A DNA stretch of 63,367 nt, counting the filler, from Stramenopiles sp. TOSAG23-3 (taxonomy: Eukaryota), in NCBI GenBank assembly GCA_900128585.1. It is 12 parts of 12 records of this genome, joined end to end, with 100 filler letters (N's around TTAATTAATTAA, not from the genome) between each part and the next. Parts side by side here need not be neighbours in the genome. Positions count along the whole stretch, not along the records: positions 20,022 to 26,581 come from LT643290.1; positions 26,682 to 33,232 come from LT643291.1; positions 33,333 to 39,882 come from LT643292.1; 9 more parts are not named here. One strand, given 5' to 3'. Numbering within the stretch: the first letter of the stretch is position 1; each line of letters opens with the position of its first letter. The translations under genes were made by a program, and so were the position numbers. Under the pieces are notes generated by a model, which was given only the letters and a program-made list of their open reading frames with translations, made no database searches and was not told the DNA's origin. Shown piece by piece: positions 22,119 to 34,749 of this stretch.

Positions 22119-23687
22119 ATGGCAACCTGTCGCCTTACTCTTCGAAACCCGTACGTGACGAAGGAACGCGAGGCTATCCCAGACTGGAAATATGAAACGT
22201 TAGTGACCACAACAGTGCTTCAATTGAAACGAGAGATTGAAATGAAGTACCCTGGAAACCCAAAGGCCATAGATCAACGGTTGGTTTTTCGCGGAAGAAT
22301 GCTCTCGAACGATAGTGATACGTTAGGCAACATACTAGTAGATGAGGATTTGGAAGAGTGGCATATGCTTCACTTGATCCCGAACAGGTCAGGGTTTTCG
22401 CCGTCCGTCTCCCCGGAGCAAGCACGCGCATTGCCGCCGCTGAGGCCCCTGGCAAATACGCCGCCATTAGAAGAAGACGAGGAGAAAGAATTGTCCTTGC
22501 CTGCGGCCGAAACCTCTACCCCTGTCTCAACCCCGTTGCCAGCGGCCCGGAACCGGAACCCCCCTGTCGCCGCCCCGGCCCAGACTCAACAGCCGACCAC
22601 CACGGCAGCCGCCGGGCAAGGTCAATGGAATGCCTACCAGGCGGCGTACATGGCCGCGTGGCAACAGCAAGGGCAGCCTGGCGGGTACGCGCAGGCCCAT
22701 GGTATGGTCTCCCCGCAGCAACAGTACGCCCAGTATTACGCACAGCAGCAGCAAGCGATGATGGCCGCGTGGCAACAACAAGCGATGGCAGGAACCACCA
22801 GCCCACAGGCCATGGCCATCCACCAAGCAGCCCACCAGCGCGCCACGCAACAGTACATGGAGTACATGCAGCAATACCAAAGTTACCAGCAGCAAATGGC
22901 CGCGTACAATGCTGCGATGTACGGATCCCCTTCTTCGCCCGTTCCCCTCCAAGGCTTCCCCGCCCAACCGGCGCAAGAACTCCGACGGCGCAGGCCTGCT
23001 GCCGGGGGAATTCGCAACGGCCAGAACGATAATGTACGTGCGGAGCCCCCGGAGCCAGAGCGGCTACCACGGAGAGGCAATGTTCCTCGCAACAACGTTC
23101 AGCCCGCCAATGTCGCTGAAAACAATGGTCCTAACCGGCAGTCCTTGATGGGGTCCCTTCAGATAAAGTTTTTGATCAAGATTGCACTTGTTGTATACAT
23201 TGTCTTTATGCTGGACACGACCTTTAGTATCAAGCCCCATTTCAACGGGAAAACGAGAAAATTGATATGCATTGTTGCGACTGTGTACTATTTTCAAAAT
23301 GTCGGCTTTCTTGAATACGTGAGAGCGTTGATGTGCGGTGGGGGCAACAGAAGACGGCAGCAGAATGATGGGGGGCAGAATGCCGGAGGTGACCAAGCAA
23401 ACGGGGATGGCCAAGACTCTGTTCCAGTGCCGCCTCGGGGCAACATCCCACCGGCGACATCGCCAGGTCTTTTTATCGACTTGCGGTGTTTTATTGTCAG
23501 TTTTTTGTTTTCGTTGCACCCGTCATGGTACCCCGTGTCGATGCCAAGCCTCAGTGCAAGCGTTGGCGCTGAAGTCCAAGACGATGGTGCCCAAGGGGCA
23601 GGTGGGGAGGTCCAGCCGGGCGTAGAAAGAGACGTTCAGCCAGCGGTGGAGGGAGAGGCGGAGCCCGTAGGAGAGGTTGGAGAGTAA
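22119..23687 (+). CDS. HERP-like ER membrane protein: N-terminal ubiquitin-like domain, Q/A/Y-rich linker, C-terminal hydrophobic segments
   Basis: TVLQLKREIEMKYPGNPKAIDQRLVFRGRML is a HERP-type UBL. Hydrophobic segments near aa 365-415 and a terminal FIVSFLFSLHP motif. First ATG at 22119. Confidence 0.75.
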   Translation: MATCRLTLRNPYVTKEREAIPDWKYETLVTTTVLQLKREIEMKYPGNPKAIDQRLVFRGRMLSNDSDTLGNILVDEDLEEWHMLHLIPNRSGFSPSVSPEQARALPPLRPLANTPPLEEDEEKELSLPAAETSTPVSTPLPAARNRNPPVAAPAQTQQPTTTAAAGQGQWNAYQAAYMAAWQQQGQPGGYAQAHGMVSPQQQYAQYYAQQQQAMMAAWQQQAMAGTTSPQAMAIHQAAHQRATQQYMEYMQQYQSYQQQMAAYNAAMYGSPSSPVPLQGFPAQPAQELRRRRPAAGGIRNGQNDNVRAEPPEPERLPRRGNVPRNNVQPANVAENNGPNRQSLMGSLQIKFLIKIALVVYIVFMLDTTFSIKPHFNGKTRKLICIVATVYYFQNVGFLEYVRALMCGGGNRRRQQNDGGQNAGGDQANGDGQDSVPVPPRGNIPPATSPGLFIDLRCFIVSFLFSLHPSWYPVSMPSLSASVGAEVQDDGAQGAGGEVQPGVERDVQPAVEGEAEPVGEVGE

Positions 23688-23841
23688 GATATGAAGGGGA
23701 AAAAAACATATTTTATATGATAGAGAGAGTATGAAAAAAAACAAATTTAAACAAATTATATNNNNNNNNNNNNNNNNNNNNNNNNNNNNNNNNNNNNNNN
23801 NNNNNNNNNNNNNNNNGTCTAAAGTCGGTCGTATGATATTA

Positions 23842-24122
23842 AAACAAGAAAATTGGCTGTTATTTATATGTTAAAAACAAGAAAATTGCACACCTTTCAT
23901 CTCTTTCAACAGCGCTGTCTAAAGTTTTGTAAAAGACATAGAGTGACAAAAATGTAAGAGAGTTAGTTTATTTTATCAGTACATGTGTGTGGCTTATTAA
24001 AATACGATGCGTACACACGAGAAGTAAGGCCAATTTTTCGTTTTTATATCGCAGTACATTAATTTTAACTACTTAAATAACAGCCAATTTTCTTGTTTAA
24101 ATAACAGCCAATTTTCTTGTTT
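23842..24122. repeat. Inverted copies of the 25-bp element AAACAAGAAAATTGGCTGTTATTTA between convergent HERP-like and GMPS genes
   Basis: One + copy at 23842-23866, a partial + copy at 23874-23888, and tandem - copies at 24074-24098 and 24098-24122. Confidence 0.85.
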
Positions 24123-24192
24123 TTTTTATATATGTAAAAATTCTTATCATATATATGTTTTGGTTAACTTAACGCGAGCCTCCCTCGTTTCT

Positions 24193-26157
24193 TTATTCCC
24201 ACTCGGTAGTAGCGGGGGGTTTTGACGTCAAGTCGTACGCCACCCTTGCAATGCCGGGGACCTTTGTCAAAATCTCGTTTGCCATTTCCTCCAACAGGGC
24301 GACACTAATGTCTTTCCCGGGTTGGGCGGGCAGGCCAGTCATGAAGTCCCGAGTAATGAAGGTGCGTATCGCAATACCCCGTTTCCCAGACTCTCCAAAA
24401 TCTGCTGGAAAAAGTATGACCGGTACTTGGCTTAATTTTCGCATCAGTTTGTGCTTTGCAAGCAAATCGTTCACTATTGCGTCGGCGCTTCGAAGCATTT
24501 CAATGACTGGGAGTTCCAGACGGGTCGGGGTTATGGTAGTCATCAAGTTCGTCTTTAACGGTTCCCCGAGCACAAAAACTACCCTGTTCACTTCGTGCAC
24601 TGTCTTCGGAATCTCCCGCGCAGCCTTGAAAAGGCACTCCCAGTCTACCGGGGTAGCTCCGTCCCCTTTGTTCCAGCTCAGCCCGCACAGCGACTTGTAC
24701 GACCTCGCGTCACCCTGGACCCCGACTGACCGGCAAGGCAAAAGGGTGGCGACTACGTTGTCGCTGCTAACCCCACCGGTCGTGTCGCTCGGGAAACTTG
24801 CTGCCACCGCCTGGGCCAGCTGGGCGGCTACGTTCCCTGGGTTCTCTGGAACGTAAGGCTTGTCGGCGCAAAGGATGCGAATGGCAAGCCCGGGCCCTGG
24901 GAACGGCTGCCGCCACACGAGCGACTCGGACAATCCTAAATCCATGCCCAACTTTCGTACCTCGTCTTTATGGTAATCTTGCAGGGGCTCGATGATTCGC
25001 CCCTGGTCGCGTAGCGCCCGCACCAGCTGGGTGTCGTTGTGGTGGGTTTTGATGCAGTGGGCGTTGCCGGACTGGGACGCAAGCTTCGACGCCGATTCGA
25101 TCAGATCAGGGCGCAAAGTTCCTTGGGCCAAGAAGCAGGTAGCTGGGTCCAGGCCAAACTTTCGGGCCTCCACATCACTGATCGTCATAAACGTGTCTCC
25201 TATAATCTTTCGCTTCGCCTCTGGGTTGACGGTGTCTTTCAAAATGTTCGTCCGCTGGCCGCGGATCTCCGTGGTCGCGTTTGAAAACGTGCTCCATCCG
25301 TCCACTACCGTCAGCTTTACCCCGATTTCTTCTAGTGCGGTTTTGACGTTTTTGCTCTCGTCCTTGCGCATGAACCCGGAGTCAACATGGAGGGCAAATA
25401 TCTTGTCGTGCGGCAATGCCTCCCGCAGGAGCGCGGTGCACACCGTGCTGTCGACGCCGCCACTAACCAGCGTCAGGACAGATGCGTCACCAACCGTTTT
25501 TCGAATTTCAGAGATGGCCTTTTCCTTTCTCGACCCAATCGTGTAATTCCCCGTGAAATTCGCTACTTTGAACAGAAAGTTTTTAAACATTTCGCCCCCC
25601 TTCGTGGTCAAGTCTACCTCTGGGTGAAACTGAACCCCGTACATGCTTCTCTCCGCCGAATCGATGGCGGCGACGATACCAGTGCTGGACTTTCCCACGC
25701 ACCTGAACCCGTCTGCGACCTGGTCGATCGAGTCCCCGTGGGTCAACAGCACCGTCTGCGACTCGTCGAGGCCGTCGAACAAAAGCGACCCCCCTGTCGT
25801 TTGGATGTCAAAGACGCCATCTTCTCTTTCCGACTTTGCCATGACCGTCCCCCCGAAGACTTTGTTTAGCAGCTGCATCCCGTAGCAGATCCCAAATATT
25901 GGTAGCCCCGTATCAAAGAGTGCCCTGTCGTACTTTGGGGCGTTCTCGGCATAGACACTTTCCGGACCACCAGAAATAATAACCGCCTTGTACCCATCCC
26001 TGACAATAGTTTCTGCCGGGGTATCCAAAGGAAGAATAGTGGAGTGCACCGACAACTCCCGCACCCGCCGGTCAATCACCTTTGCGTACTGTGCGCCAGC
26101 ATCCAAAATTGCCAACTTTTCTACCATTTTTGCCCCAGCGATACCCAAACTTGCCAT
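24193..26157 (-). CDS. GMPS: GMP synthase (glutamine-hydrolysing), long eukaryotic type
   Basis: GATase motifs [20 protein letters not shown] and QFHPE; ATPPase [25 protein letters not shown]-terminal [10 protein letters not shown]. First ATG at 26157. Confidence 0.97.
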   Translation of the reverse strand: MASLGIAGAKMVEKLAILDAGAQYAKVIDRRVRELSVHSTILPLDTPAETIVRDGYKAVIISGGPESVYAENAPKYDRALFDTGLPIFGICYGMQLLNKVFGGTVMAKSEREDGVFDIQTTGGSLLFDGLDESQTVLLTHGDSIDQVADGFRCVGKSSTGIVAAIDSAERSMYGVQFHPEVDLTTKGGEMFKNFLFKVANFTGNYTIGSRKEKAISEIRKTVGDASVLTLVSGGVDSTVCTALLREALPHDKIFALHVDSGFMRKDESKNVKTALEEIGVKLTVVDGWSTFSNATTEIRGQRTNILKDTVNPEAKRKIIGDTFMTISDVEARKFGLDPATCFLAQGTLRPDLIESASKLASQSGNAHCIKTHHNDTQLVRALRDQGRIIEPLQDYHKDEVRKLGMDLGLSESLVWRQPFPGPGLAIRILCADKPYVPENPGNVAAQLAQAVAASFPSDTTGGVSSDNVVATLLPCRSVGVQGDARSYKSLCGLSWNKGDGATPVDWECLFKAAREIPKTVHEVNRVVFVLGEPLKTNLMTTITPTRLELPVIEMLRSADAIVNDLLAKHKLMRKLSQVPVILFPADFGESGKRGIAIRTFITRDFMTGLPAQPGKDISVALLEEMANEILTKVPGIARVAYDLTSKPPATTEWE

Positions 26158-26581
26158 CCCACGCTCTATTCGCTCGAGTCTTGACGTACGTCTGACAAAA
26201 CCTTGCTCAGCAAAACAAACAACGAACGGAACGAGGTATTGATATGAATGATATTGACGTTCGTTCTCACCATTCTTATCACATGCTATACGAATATAAA
26301 TGTAACACAATCAATATTAAGACTTTTTTTCTAAATGAATCTACATATCTACATTTATTCTTCATTCAAATAATTATTATTATTTTATAAATAATAAAGA
26401 AGAAGAAGTGTTGGGGGGTGTTGTAAATAATAGTAAAGTTGGTTTTTTTTTTATTATTAAATTATATCATCAAGTAGTACAAGATTCCAGGTACAGGTAA
26501 TAATAGTAGTCTGGACAGGTTTTTGCATACTCCCCCGTAACTCTACTTTTCTACCCTATTCTGCTCTATTTTCATTATAGG

Positions 26582-26681
26582 NNNNNNNNNNNNNNNNNNN
26601 NNNNNNNNNNNNNNNNNNNNNNNNNTTAATTAATTAANNNNNNNNNNNNNNNNNNNNNNNNNNNNNNNNNNNNNNNNNNNN
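26582..26681. other. Artificial contig linker
   Basis: N44-TTAATTAATTAA-N44. Confidence 0.99.
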
Positions 26682-27327
26682 GAAAACAGCGGCAACAAAT
26701 CTCAAAAAGAGTACACTAAGAAGTACAAAAATATATAGGAAGTAAAAAATGAGTGTTGCAGTCGGTGCTATGTAGATATTAATAAATTACGTTTCTACAT
26801 CGATTCGCCATCTTCAGAACCTGCGCAGCCTATAATAAATAACACCCAGCGGCCTCATTGAGCATTTGGATTACGGTACTGTACGTATTTTATTCAATTT
26901 ATTACCTGGAAGAAGGTGGGTACAACAGGTATTCATGTATTATTTAAATAATACCGGCACCTGGTATAATATTGTACATTTTAATACCGAACAACTACAG
27001 TAAAAAAAGAGTTTTTGAATTGACAATAATTCTTTTTCTTCATTCCTGTGCTTGGTTTATTTATATGTGTGTATTTACTTCTTTTCCTCTTTACTTCACT
27101 CTGTCTGATTACTTTTAAACTTGCACTCACACTCACTGAAACTGTAAGTAGACACAGCAAAAAGGAAACAGTTCACTCACTTCAATACCAGCTTCACGGA
27201 AACCTGCGAAAAACTTTTTCAGTAGTAAATATAGTGCATTTTATCTTCAGCTGTTTGCGTTTGTGGGTAAGCTGTTTCAGTTTTTGTGTTCGTATGAACC
27301 AGTGCAACTGCAACCGTGCGTGACTCC

Positions 27328-30300
27328 ATGGGTGATACAGCAGTTATATCAGACTCAGATCTCTATGGTGCCATTTTAGCGGCTGAATCCCTTTCAATAG
27401 AATTGAGTAAAGCCAAGGCATTGACTTATGTAAATCTGTATTCTAAATCTATTAGTCTTTTGGAAGTTCCACTGTATACTCGGGGACTAGCAGTTAGACT
27501 TATCCTTTTGTGCGTAGAACGTCATCGCAGTATAGTCGGGGTTGTAATATCTAAAAATGGACTTGTTAATTCTCTGATTCGGATTATCAATGAGTGCGCA
27601 AATAGACGAGAGGCGCCTTCAATCAGTTATAACAATATGTGTAAGGTGAGTTTAAACTGCAGTGTTTTGTTGACACGTTTGTTTTCTGGTGCTAATAAGT
27701 ATTGCCATATTTCCTCGAAATTAGATCCACATAGTGCGAGCTTGCGTATGCATGAACGTCCAGAATTAACGCAACACAACGGTATTCGGAAGCATGATGT
27801 ACTCCGTAACGAAGCTCGCGACAATATACCAACCAGAAAAGCAGTTAAAAATAACCTTGCTGCATTGAATGAAGAAATTACGCATTCTAATTATTCCACA
27901 CCGCACTATTTATATCCCGAACAAAAGCCGCATACCCAATCACCAGTTCTAAAGCGGGACACAAATCTTGGGGCTGGCTGGTTGTCATTTGGGCGCAGGC
28001 ACCCATTTTCGAGCCCATCGAAGGATAGAAATAAATCTTCGTTTCTAGGATATGAGCAACCGCGGATGTGGTATCCGAAACCTGGGTTGCTGCTCAAAGT
28101 TAAAAGTACAAAACAATTATCACCAGGCCCAGACATTGTACTTGATAGTTCTTTCCGATCGAACACAGCGCCAGAAAAACTAATTAATAAGGGTAAAATT
28201 TCAACTATTGCCCGACCAGTGAATACCATACATGGTACTATAGAACATTTAAAAAGTGACATGCCTTTAAAATTTTTGATTTATTTAAAGAATCGAAAAA
28301 GCACACCTATAATAAAAGTTCAGCTGATAAAAGATCGTGCATACCTGCTGCTAGCAGCGTGGATGGACGAAATGAGGCTACGAGCAATGGGTGCTGCTTT
28401 GTTGAGATGGTGGTGGCTTGTGATTCAGCAACGTCGTTGGGATTATAAAATTGGCTTAGCAGTCCGCTCATTGGGATGCATTTTGAAGAGATCCATTCGT
28501 ACGAAAATAAAGGAAAATTTTCTGCGCTGGCTGCGTCTTGTTGTGTTGACCCGTGACAGAGAGCGTCTCCAAGCTGCGTTATTTATACAGAGATGTTATC
28601 GAGGGCTGGCTGGCCGTCGCGCTTATAGCGAATATTTGCTGAAGTTCATATCTGCCATACCTATCCAAACGTGTTGGCGTAGACACATATGCCGCGTGAA
28701 ATATTTTCGACAGAAACATTGTTTTGTATGCCTGCAAGCTTTGGTCAGAGGCTATTTAAACCGTTCATATTTACGTGTTTTGCACTCTTGTGCGACAATG
28801 ATCCAAGCAGCAATAAGAATGTATCCACTCAGGTCGCGGTTTGTTGTTGTTGCGACATCAATTTGCCGTCTTCAAACATCATATAGAGCTTGGACTGCAA
28901 GGAAGTTGTTTTATAAAATGATCGAAGATCGTATTCGTCTCTTTGAGATCGAGCTAAGCGCATCCATTTTCTTGCAGAGAGTTTGGCGCGGTCATATGGG
29001 GAAAACGGCCAGTAACTCTTTGAAGTTACTGGACAAACTTCGCGATGAATCTGCCCTGAAAATCCAAAAGTGGTGGTACACCATTAACGGGCAGTTCGCC
29101 ACTTTCTTGCTAATGCGTTTGTTAGCATTCCAGGATAAGTCTGAGGAGGATCAGATTCTTCAAAAAAGGATTGTTCGTCGTACTAATGCCTTGTTACTAT
29201 TACAAAAATATACCAGACGTTGGGCTAAAAGAAAAATGTGCCGTGAGCGGCAGTTACTTGCTCAGGCGGCTACACATATTCAATGTATTTGGCGTGGTTT
29301 GTCCTGTAAACGTTCATATCAAGTATTTCTACAAAAAAGAAATGCGGCTGTAAAGATTCAAAACTGTTTCAAAGCGCGTTATCTGAATTGCATAAATGCC
29401 ACTTTTTGTATTCAGCGAGTGTGGATCAGCAGAAAATATAGAAACAAATATGGATTTACCCACACGATTGCTGTGGCAATGCGCGAGCAACGTGCTCAAC
29501 TGGAGACCTGGAATGAATGGAAATATACAAATTCAAGAACTATTCAAATGGCTGTTCGTTACTGGAGGGCTCGACGTGAGAAGGCAAAGGTTATCGCCGT
29601 TATAAAAATCCAACGAATGTATCGTGTATTCTGTCACAAGCAGTTCCAATACTGGCAGCATTGCAAATTGTGCCATCGAATTTCGGAGCTTTCAATTAGA
29701 AATGTGATCGAACTGGGCATAAAAAATGCAACAAATAATTACTTTGCCTCTCAAATTCAAGCTGCCATTAATATGCAAGCCGTATATCGTGGGCACTCTG
29801 CCCGATTTAAGTTTCGTGAGGCACAGTCTGCACGCCGAAGAGTCCAAATGGCGGCGCTGAATATCCAACATTTTCTAAGATACCAACGAGCTCGTAAGAA
29901 TATGAAAAAATCACGGGAGCAGAAGGCCAGTTTTGAGCAAAATAGATTTCGTGAAAATTTTACATCTCTGCATAAGCTACTGGCTGGAATTTTCAGCCAG
30001 TGTGGTAGTTTCTTTGACTCTTTTGATGCAACAAAAGGCACTGGTATAGCGACCATTTTCCTTCGACTTGGGTGTGCTGATTTAGCTGAAGCAACAAAAA
30101 TGTTCTTACGAAAATGGGCTAAGAGTCACCAACATGCATTGAGTCTCATCACAGAGTGGCCGTTTCTAATGAAAGTTTTGGCGGATAAAAAGACGAGGGA
30201 TGAATTAAAAACGTGCTATGAATCAACGCTGATTAAAGACACGACTATTATCAAGAATTCGTCTAGTGCTCAGTACAACCGTGACATGATGCCTCAATTA

Positions 30301-33232
30301 GTGCTCACGCGACTACAGGCGCTTGCATGTAAAGATCCAAAAACGATCGAGCAGTTTTTGCCAATAGAAGATTGCAAATTAATGGATAACGTTTGTGCAA
30401 CTCTTTTAAAGTCTCATTTTGGAACAAACCGCAAAAAAGCAATAATGTTTGCAGATGCAACTTTAAAGTGCTCCAAGGTTAGTTATTATCAACTTGAACA
30501 TTTTATTGACAGTTATCAAAGGAATGAATCGAGGCGGTGCAGGTCGGAGGTACACTTTATAGATTATGGTCGGTCTGGACCCGGTTGGAAAAGTTCGGGT
30601 TCGCGGCTCAATAAAAAGGTAGGATTCGGAAAAGAAGAAGCGGAGTGGGAAGAACATAGAGTAATTCAATGTTTCGAATATTTTCAAATGGGTTTGGAAA
30701 TGATTCTTCATAAGCTCTCTGATTCATTATTGCCCCTCCGAAGGAATTTGGCACAAGCCCTGAAATCTACCAGTAAAATTTGGCATTGGCGAATTCCCCA
30801 TACTAAATTTCCAGCGCTTTATTCTTGTGGCAATTCCCCTGCTGCGATAATGGCAATGAAATCAGCAATTTTGCGAATGCACAAATCCTTAAAGGAAATC
30901 AAATTATGGAACGACGCAGCGCAGACTTTACAGAAGGCTTACAATAATTTCAGAATGGCCAAGAGAGTACGGGCACTTAAGATTGCTTCTCAAGTAAATC
31001 AGGCATTTAAAATGTATCTTCGAGAAAGAAATGATATACGGGGCGGGTTGTGTGTTCGATTAGTGGCTGCTGCTGATCGTGCACAAGAAGAAAAAAGAGA
31101 TAGAATCCGTGTTATAGAACTTCACCATAGGCAATTGCTGATTACGCTTAGCCACACCATTAAATTTGGATATCGTGAGTATGATGATGTAGCAACTGGC
31201 ATCACTCACTATATTAATGATAGAACTGGCGAAGACGCCGTTCACCGACCATCATATAATCTCAGTGATCATTGTGCAGCAACAAGAATCCAACAGTTTC
31301 TGCGAAAGAGCATTAAAAAAACAAAATGTAATCTTGCGCAACTAGCTCAAGCTAAACAAGAAGAGATTAATTTAATGGAAACTGTTTGGCAGTCCCAAGA
31401 AGTGGCTCGACGATGTCTCGTGACCTTAAATCTTTCTTCTGTCTCTATTGACCAATGTAAAACAAAAAAAATAGTCCGAAGGACTGTGCGATTATATAAG
31501 ACCGTCTCGAAAGAGAAACAAAATGGGCATGGAAAAATCATATGGCTGAAACAACTAGAAAAAATATTGCGAAACAAAGTATCGTGTCAAGAAGCCACCT
31601 CTTTCGTAAAACTTCGTTTATCGGAAGAATCATTAATTCATCCTAATAAAACAATCGTTAAGGCATTTCCGGAATTATCAAAAATCAGAATTATGAGTAA
31701 GCAGAAGTCGAAATGTAATTGTTTAGTAAACCTTTTCGGGGATAACTTCCGGCCTGTATTTTCAGACCCTTGCTGTATATCTCATCCCCGTTGCATCCTT
31801 CGCAATGGACACGAAGGATTTCACCAATTTGTTGATGATGGATTGAACTTTGAAACTTGCTTTGGTTGGGGAGAGCTAGACTTAGCTAGTCATTCACACG
31901 GAGAGCAAGCACGGGTTGATTCCGTGGGAGGAAAACATTTTTTATGTTGGAGTTTTGAATACATAAAGGAGCGCTATGGGTCTGAAGTATTTGGTGAATC
32001 ACATGCAAGCAAGGCAAAAGATCCTTCGTATCTAGAATTTTGTGAAAAATCTCTTAGGAGTTTGCCAACTAGCATTTTAAAAAATCTTTTGAATGATTTA
32101 AGAGTAGAGCGCTGTAAAGTTGGATCTATTCTACCGACGATTCTATACTTTGACGGAATGAGATGTGTGCATGGCATATGTGGGATGATCTGTAGAGAAA
32201 TTTGTTTAAGAAAATTTTCATCGTTTCGTAAAGGTGCAAAATACAGCTCAGTCATAACAACTGTTAACTTAAATATGGCCACATTGAGGATCCATATGAA
32301 GAGTAAAAACTTTGTGATTCTTAGTACTCCGAAGACCCTGCTCATGGCGCCGTCGCCCCCTCCAGCAAGCAATACTCTGCAAGGGACTAAAGTACGTTTG
32401 GTCTACTCACATGTTGAGATGCCTTATGGTTGGCGACAATCTATGGATGATGATGGGCGGATTTTTTATATAAATTCAATGAGTGGGGATACTTCGTGGA
32501 CCCGCCCAGAGTATAGTGCACAAGAAAATTTTTCTGCAAAAGTTCTGCAACGTTACGCAATGGGGATGATGTGCCGAAGGCAATATTTGAGAAGGCTGCG
32601 TACAATTTCAATTTATGATATGGCAATATGCGAAATAAACCGAGTAAAAAATATAGCATGGGTTGGCTACGGGGCAGAAGGCTTGACCACAAAGATCTTA
32701 CTTTCACGGCTAGGGCTAGGTCACTATAATCAAAGTACCGAAAATCGCAAAAAGAATGTACAAATTACCGAAGAGAAGTTCGTTTCTTCAATTATCTTAT
32801 CGAATGATGACAAACTTAAAAACTTACGTTTTAAAAATGTTGCCGCTAAACGCCGTTTTATGACCATGATTCGATGCATTAAATCAGACCAAAAACGTTG
32901 GGATACGCCCTTGAAAACGTTTCGCCCAAGACTGTGCGCATTCTATAGGGGCAAAAAAGGCATAATGGGGAGAGAACAACGTGATTTGTACGTTACTGTC
33001 TCAAAAGCAATTCCTGCAAGGAAAACGTTTACAGGAACTGTGAAATCAGCGAATGCAATTCGTGAACCTTTTGTCGTAGAACAAGGACAAAAAATCAATA
33101 TTTCTGAAGAATTTTCATTTTTGTCTGGCAAAAAGCTCCTGAAAGGCTTAATTGAACGCTACCAAAACTGTTCTGAAGTCCAGATTAAATCTATATTAAA
33201 TTCCATTAAATCTTCAAAATTCCCGCTTACCA
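27328..33232 (+). CDS. Very large multi-IQ (calmodulin-binding) protein with WW and SAM-like domains; 3'-truncated
   Basis: More than 15 IQ-like motifs (IQRCYRGLAGRR, LQALVRGYLNR, LQRVWRGHMGK, IQCIWRG, MQAVYRGHSAR). One canonical WW (PYGWRQSMDDDGRIFYINSMSGDTSWTRP) and one degenerate WW (GYREY...THYINDRTGEDAVHRP). A single 5.9-kb ORF. Confidence 0.85.
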
Positions 33233-33332
33233 NNNNNNNNNNNNNNNNNNNNNNNNNNNNNNNNNNNNNNNNNNNNTTAATTAATTAANNNNNNNNNNNN
33301 NNNNNNNNNNNNNNNNNNNNNNNNNNNNNNNN
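33233..33332. other. Artificial contig linker
   Basis: N44-TTAATTAATTAA-N44. Confidence 0.99.
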
Positions 33333-33980
33333 GTAAAAATAAGTGATCATTTCAAAAGTAACTAAAATGGAAAATATCATCACTCCTAAACATAGCATTC
33401 CTGGGAAAGTCACAAAGAACATGTACCAAGGCGGTGCTACGTCCCGTTTGTAGTTTCTGAGGAAAAGTAGCTTGATCGATACGGTGACAACCATTACATA
33501 CTTTTGGAACCCGCGTATGGAACAGTAAAGCTCCCAGTACCGTGCGTTTAATAATTTAATCCACGGAATATCTTCGGGGCGCATGAGCGGGTGGTATAGG
33601 TCGCGGAATATTCGCATTTCTGTTATGCGCTTTTTCGCAGACCTCCAAGCTCGTGCGTCTTTGGAGTCATTACGGTTGACCCAATCGTTCATATCAAGTA
33701 AAGCATTGCCAAACCACGCCCCTTCGCTCCTGTGTGGTTTGATTATCCTTAGGGGAAGAGTGCTCGACAACGTTCCCGCATCTACGTGATTGCCAGTTTC
33801 TTCTGGAAGTAAAAACCCATCTTCGTCCTCCAGCAACCCGTCCTGATTGCAGAAGGCACACCTACGCCCATCGTTTGGCAAATACATGTAATGCCTATTT
33901 TCAAGTTTGATTATTAAGGCTCCCTTAAACCAGTCCTCCTCCTCCTCCTCCTCCTCCTCTTCGGTAACCCCACTGCTCAT
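33333..33980 (-). CDS. Hypothetical membrane protein, 3'-truncated
   Basis: ATG at 33980 (MSSGVTEEEEEEEEEDW), a CAFC motif and two hydrophobic segments before the contig end. No family recognised. Confidence 0.6.
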
Positions 33981-34749
33981 TGATACTAAGATGACACCAG
34001 GATTTTTCTTTCTTTTTAAAAAAACAATACAGATGCTGTTACTTCGATATTTATCAAAAGTCATATGAATGCTTTCAACCTTTCTTTTTTCTGTCTCTAA
34101 ATTATCGTGTAATACACACATAATCCGGATTAAAATTAAAATTTATTATTATTATTTTATTTATTATATTATTGGATGGGATTTACTACTGTTTTTTTTT
34201 TGATTGACAACATTAATTATTTTTTATTCTGCAGAAGGAACACACCATTAGAGTTTATTTTGGATTGTGTTGTATGCCGCTTTTTTATTTCATGATTTCT
34301 TCGATGTTTTCGTTACTCGCATATATTTTAAATATGAGAGTTTGTGAAGTTGTCGTTTACGTACTGTACTTACTCTTTTGAATATTCTTCTTCAATCAAT
34401 TTCTTAATAAAATTATCATAGAAGAGCAGAATAGGTATTATAAATATGAAAGAATTTAAATTAAGTTCTTGGACACGAACTGGCACAAAACTATTATCTA
34501 TATTGTACACGATATATAAAAAAAACAAAATATATAGAGTAGACTAGTATGTTTTAAGACTCTCATTTTAAATCAAATACTACTTCAAATCCAACCCTAA
34601 TCCTATCTCGATTTTTTCACAATATATATTATATACAAATAATAAGACTGTTAATAGCACATGGAAAAGGCGACACCAACATCCAACCCGGTACATACAA
34701 CACAGAATTATTGATCATTACCAGGCTAAATACAAATTATTAATATTTA

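Noticed and set aside
15465..27327. GTG/TTG starts in the ORF track (15465, 22065, 26310, 27316)
   Set aside because: These are prokaryote-style start calls; downstream ATGs coincide with the start of homology or coding-like composition.
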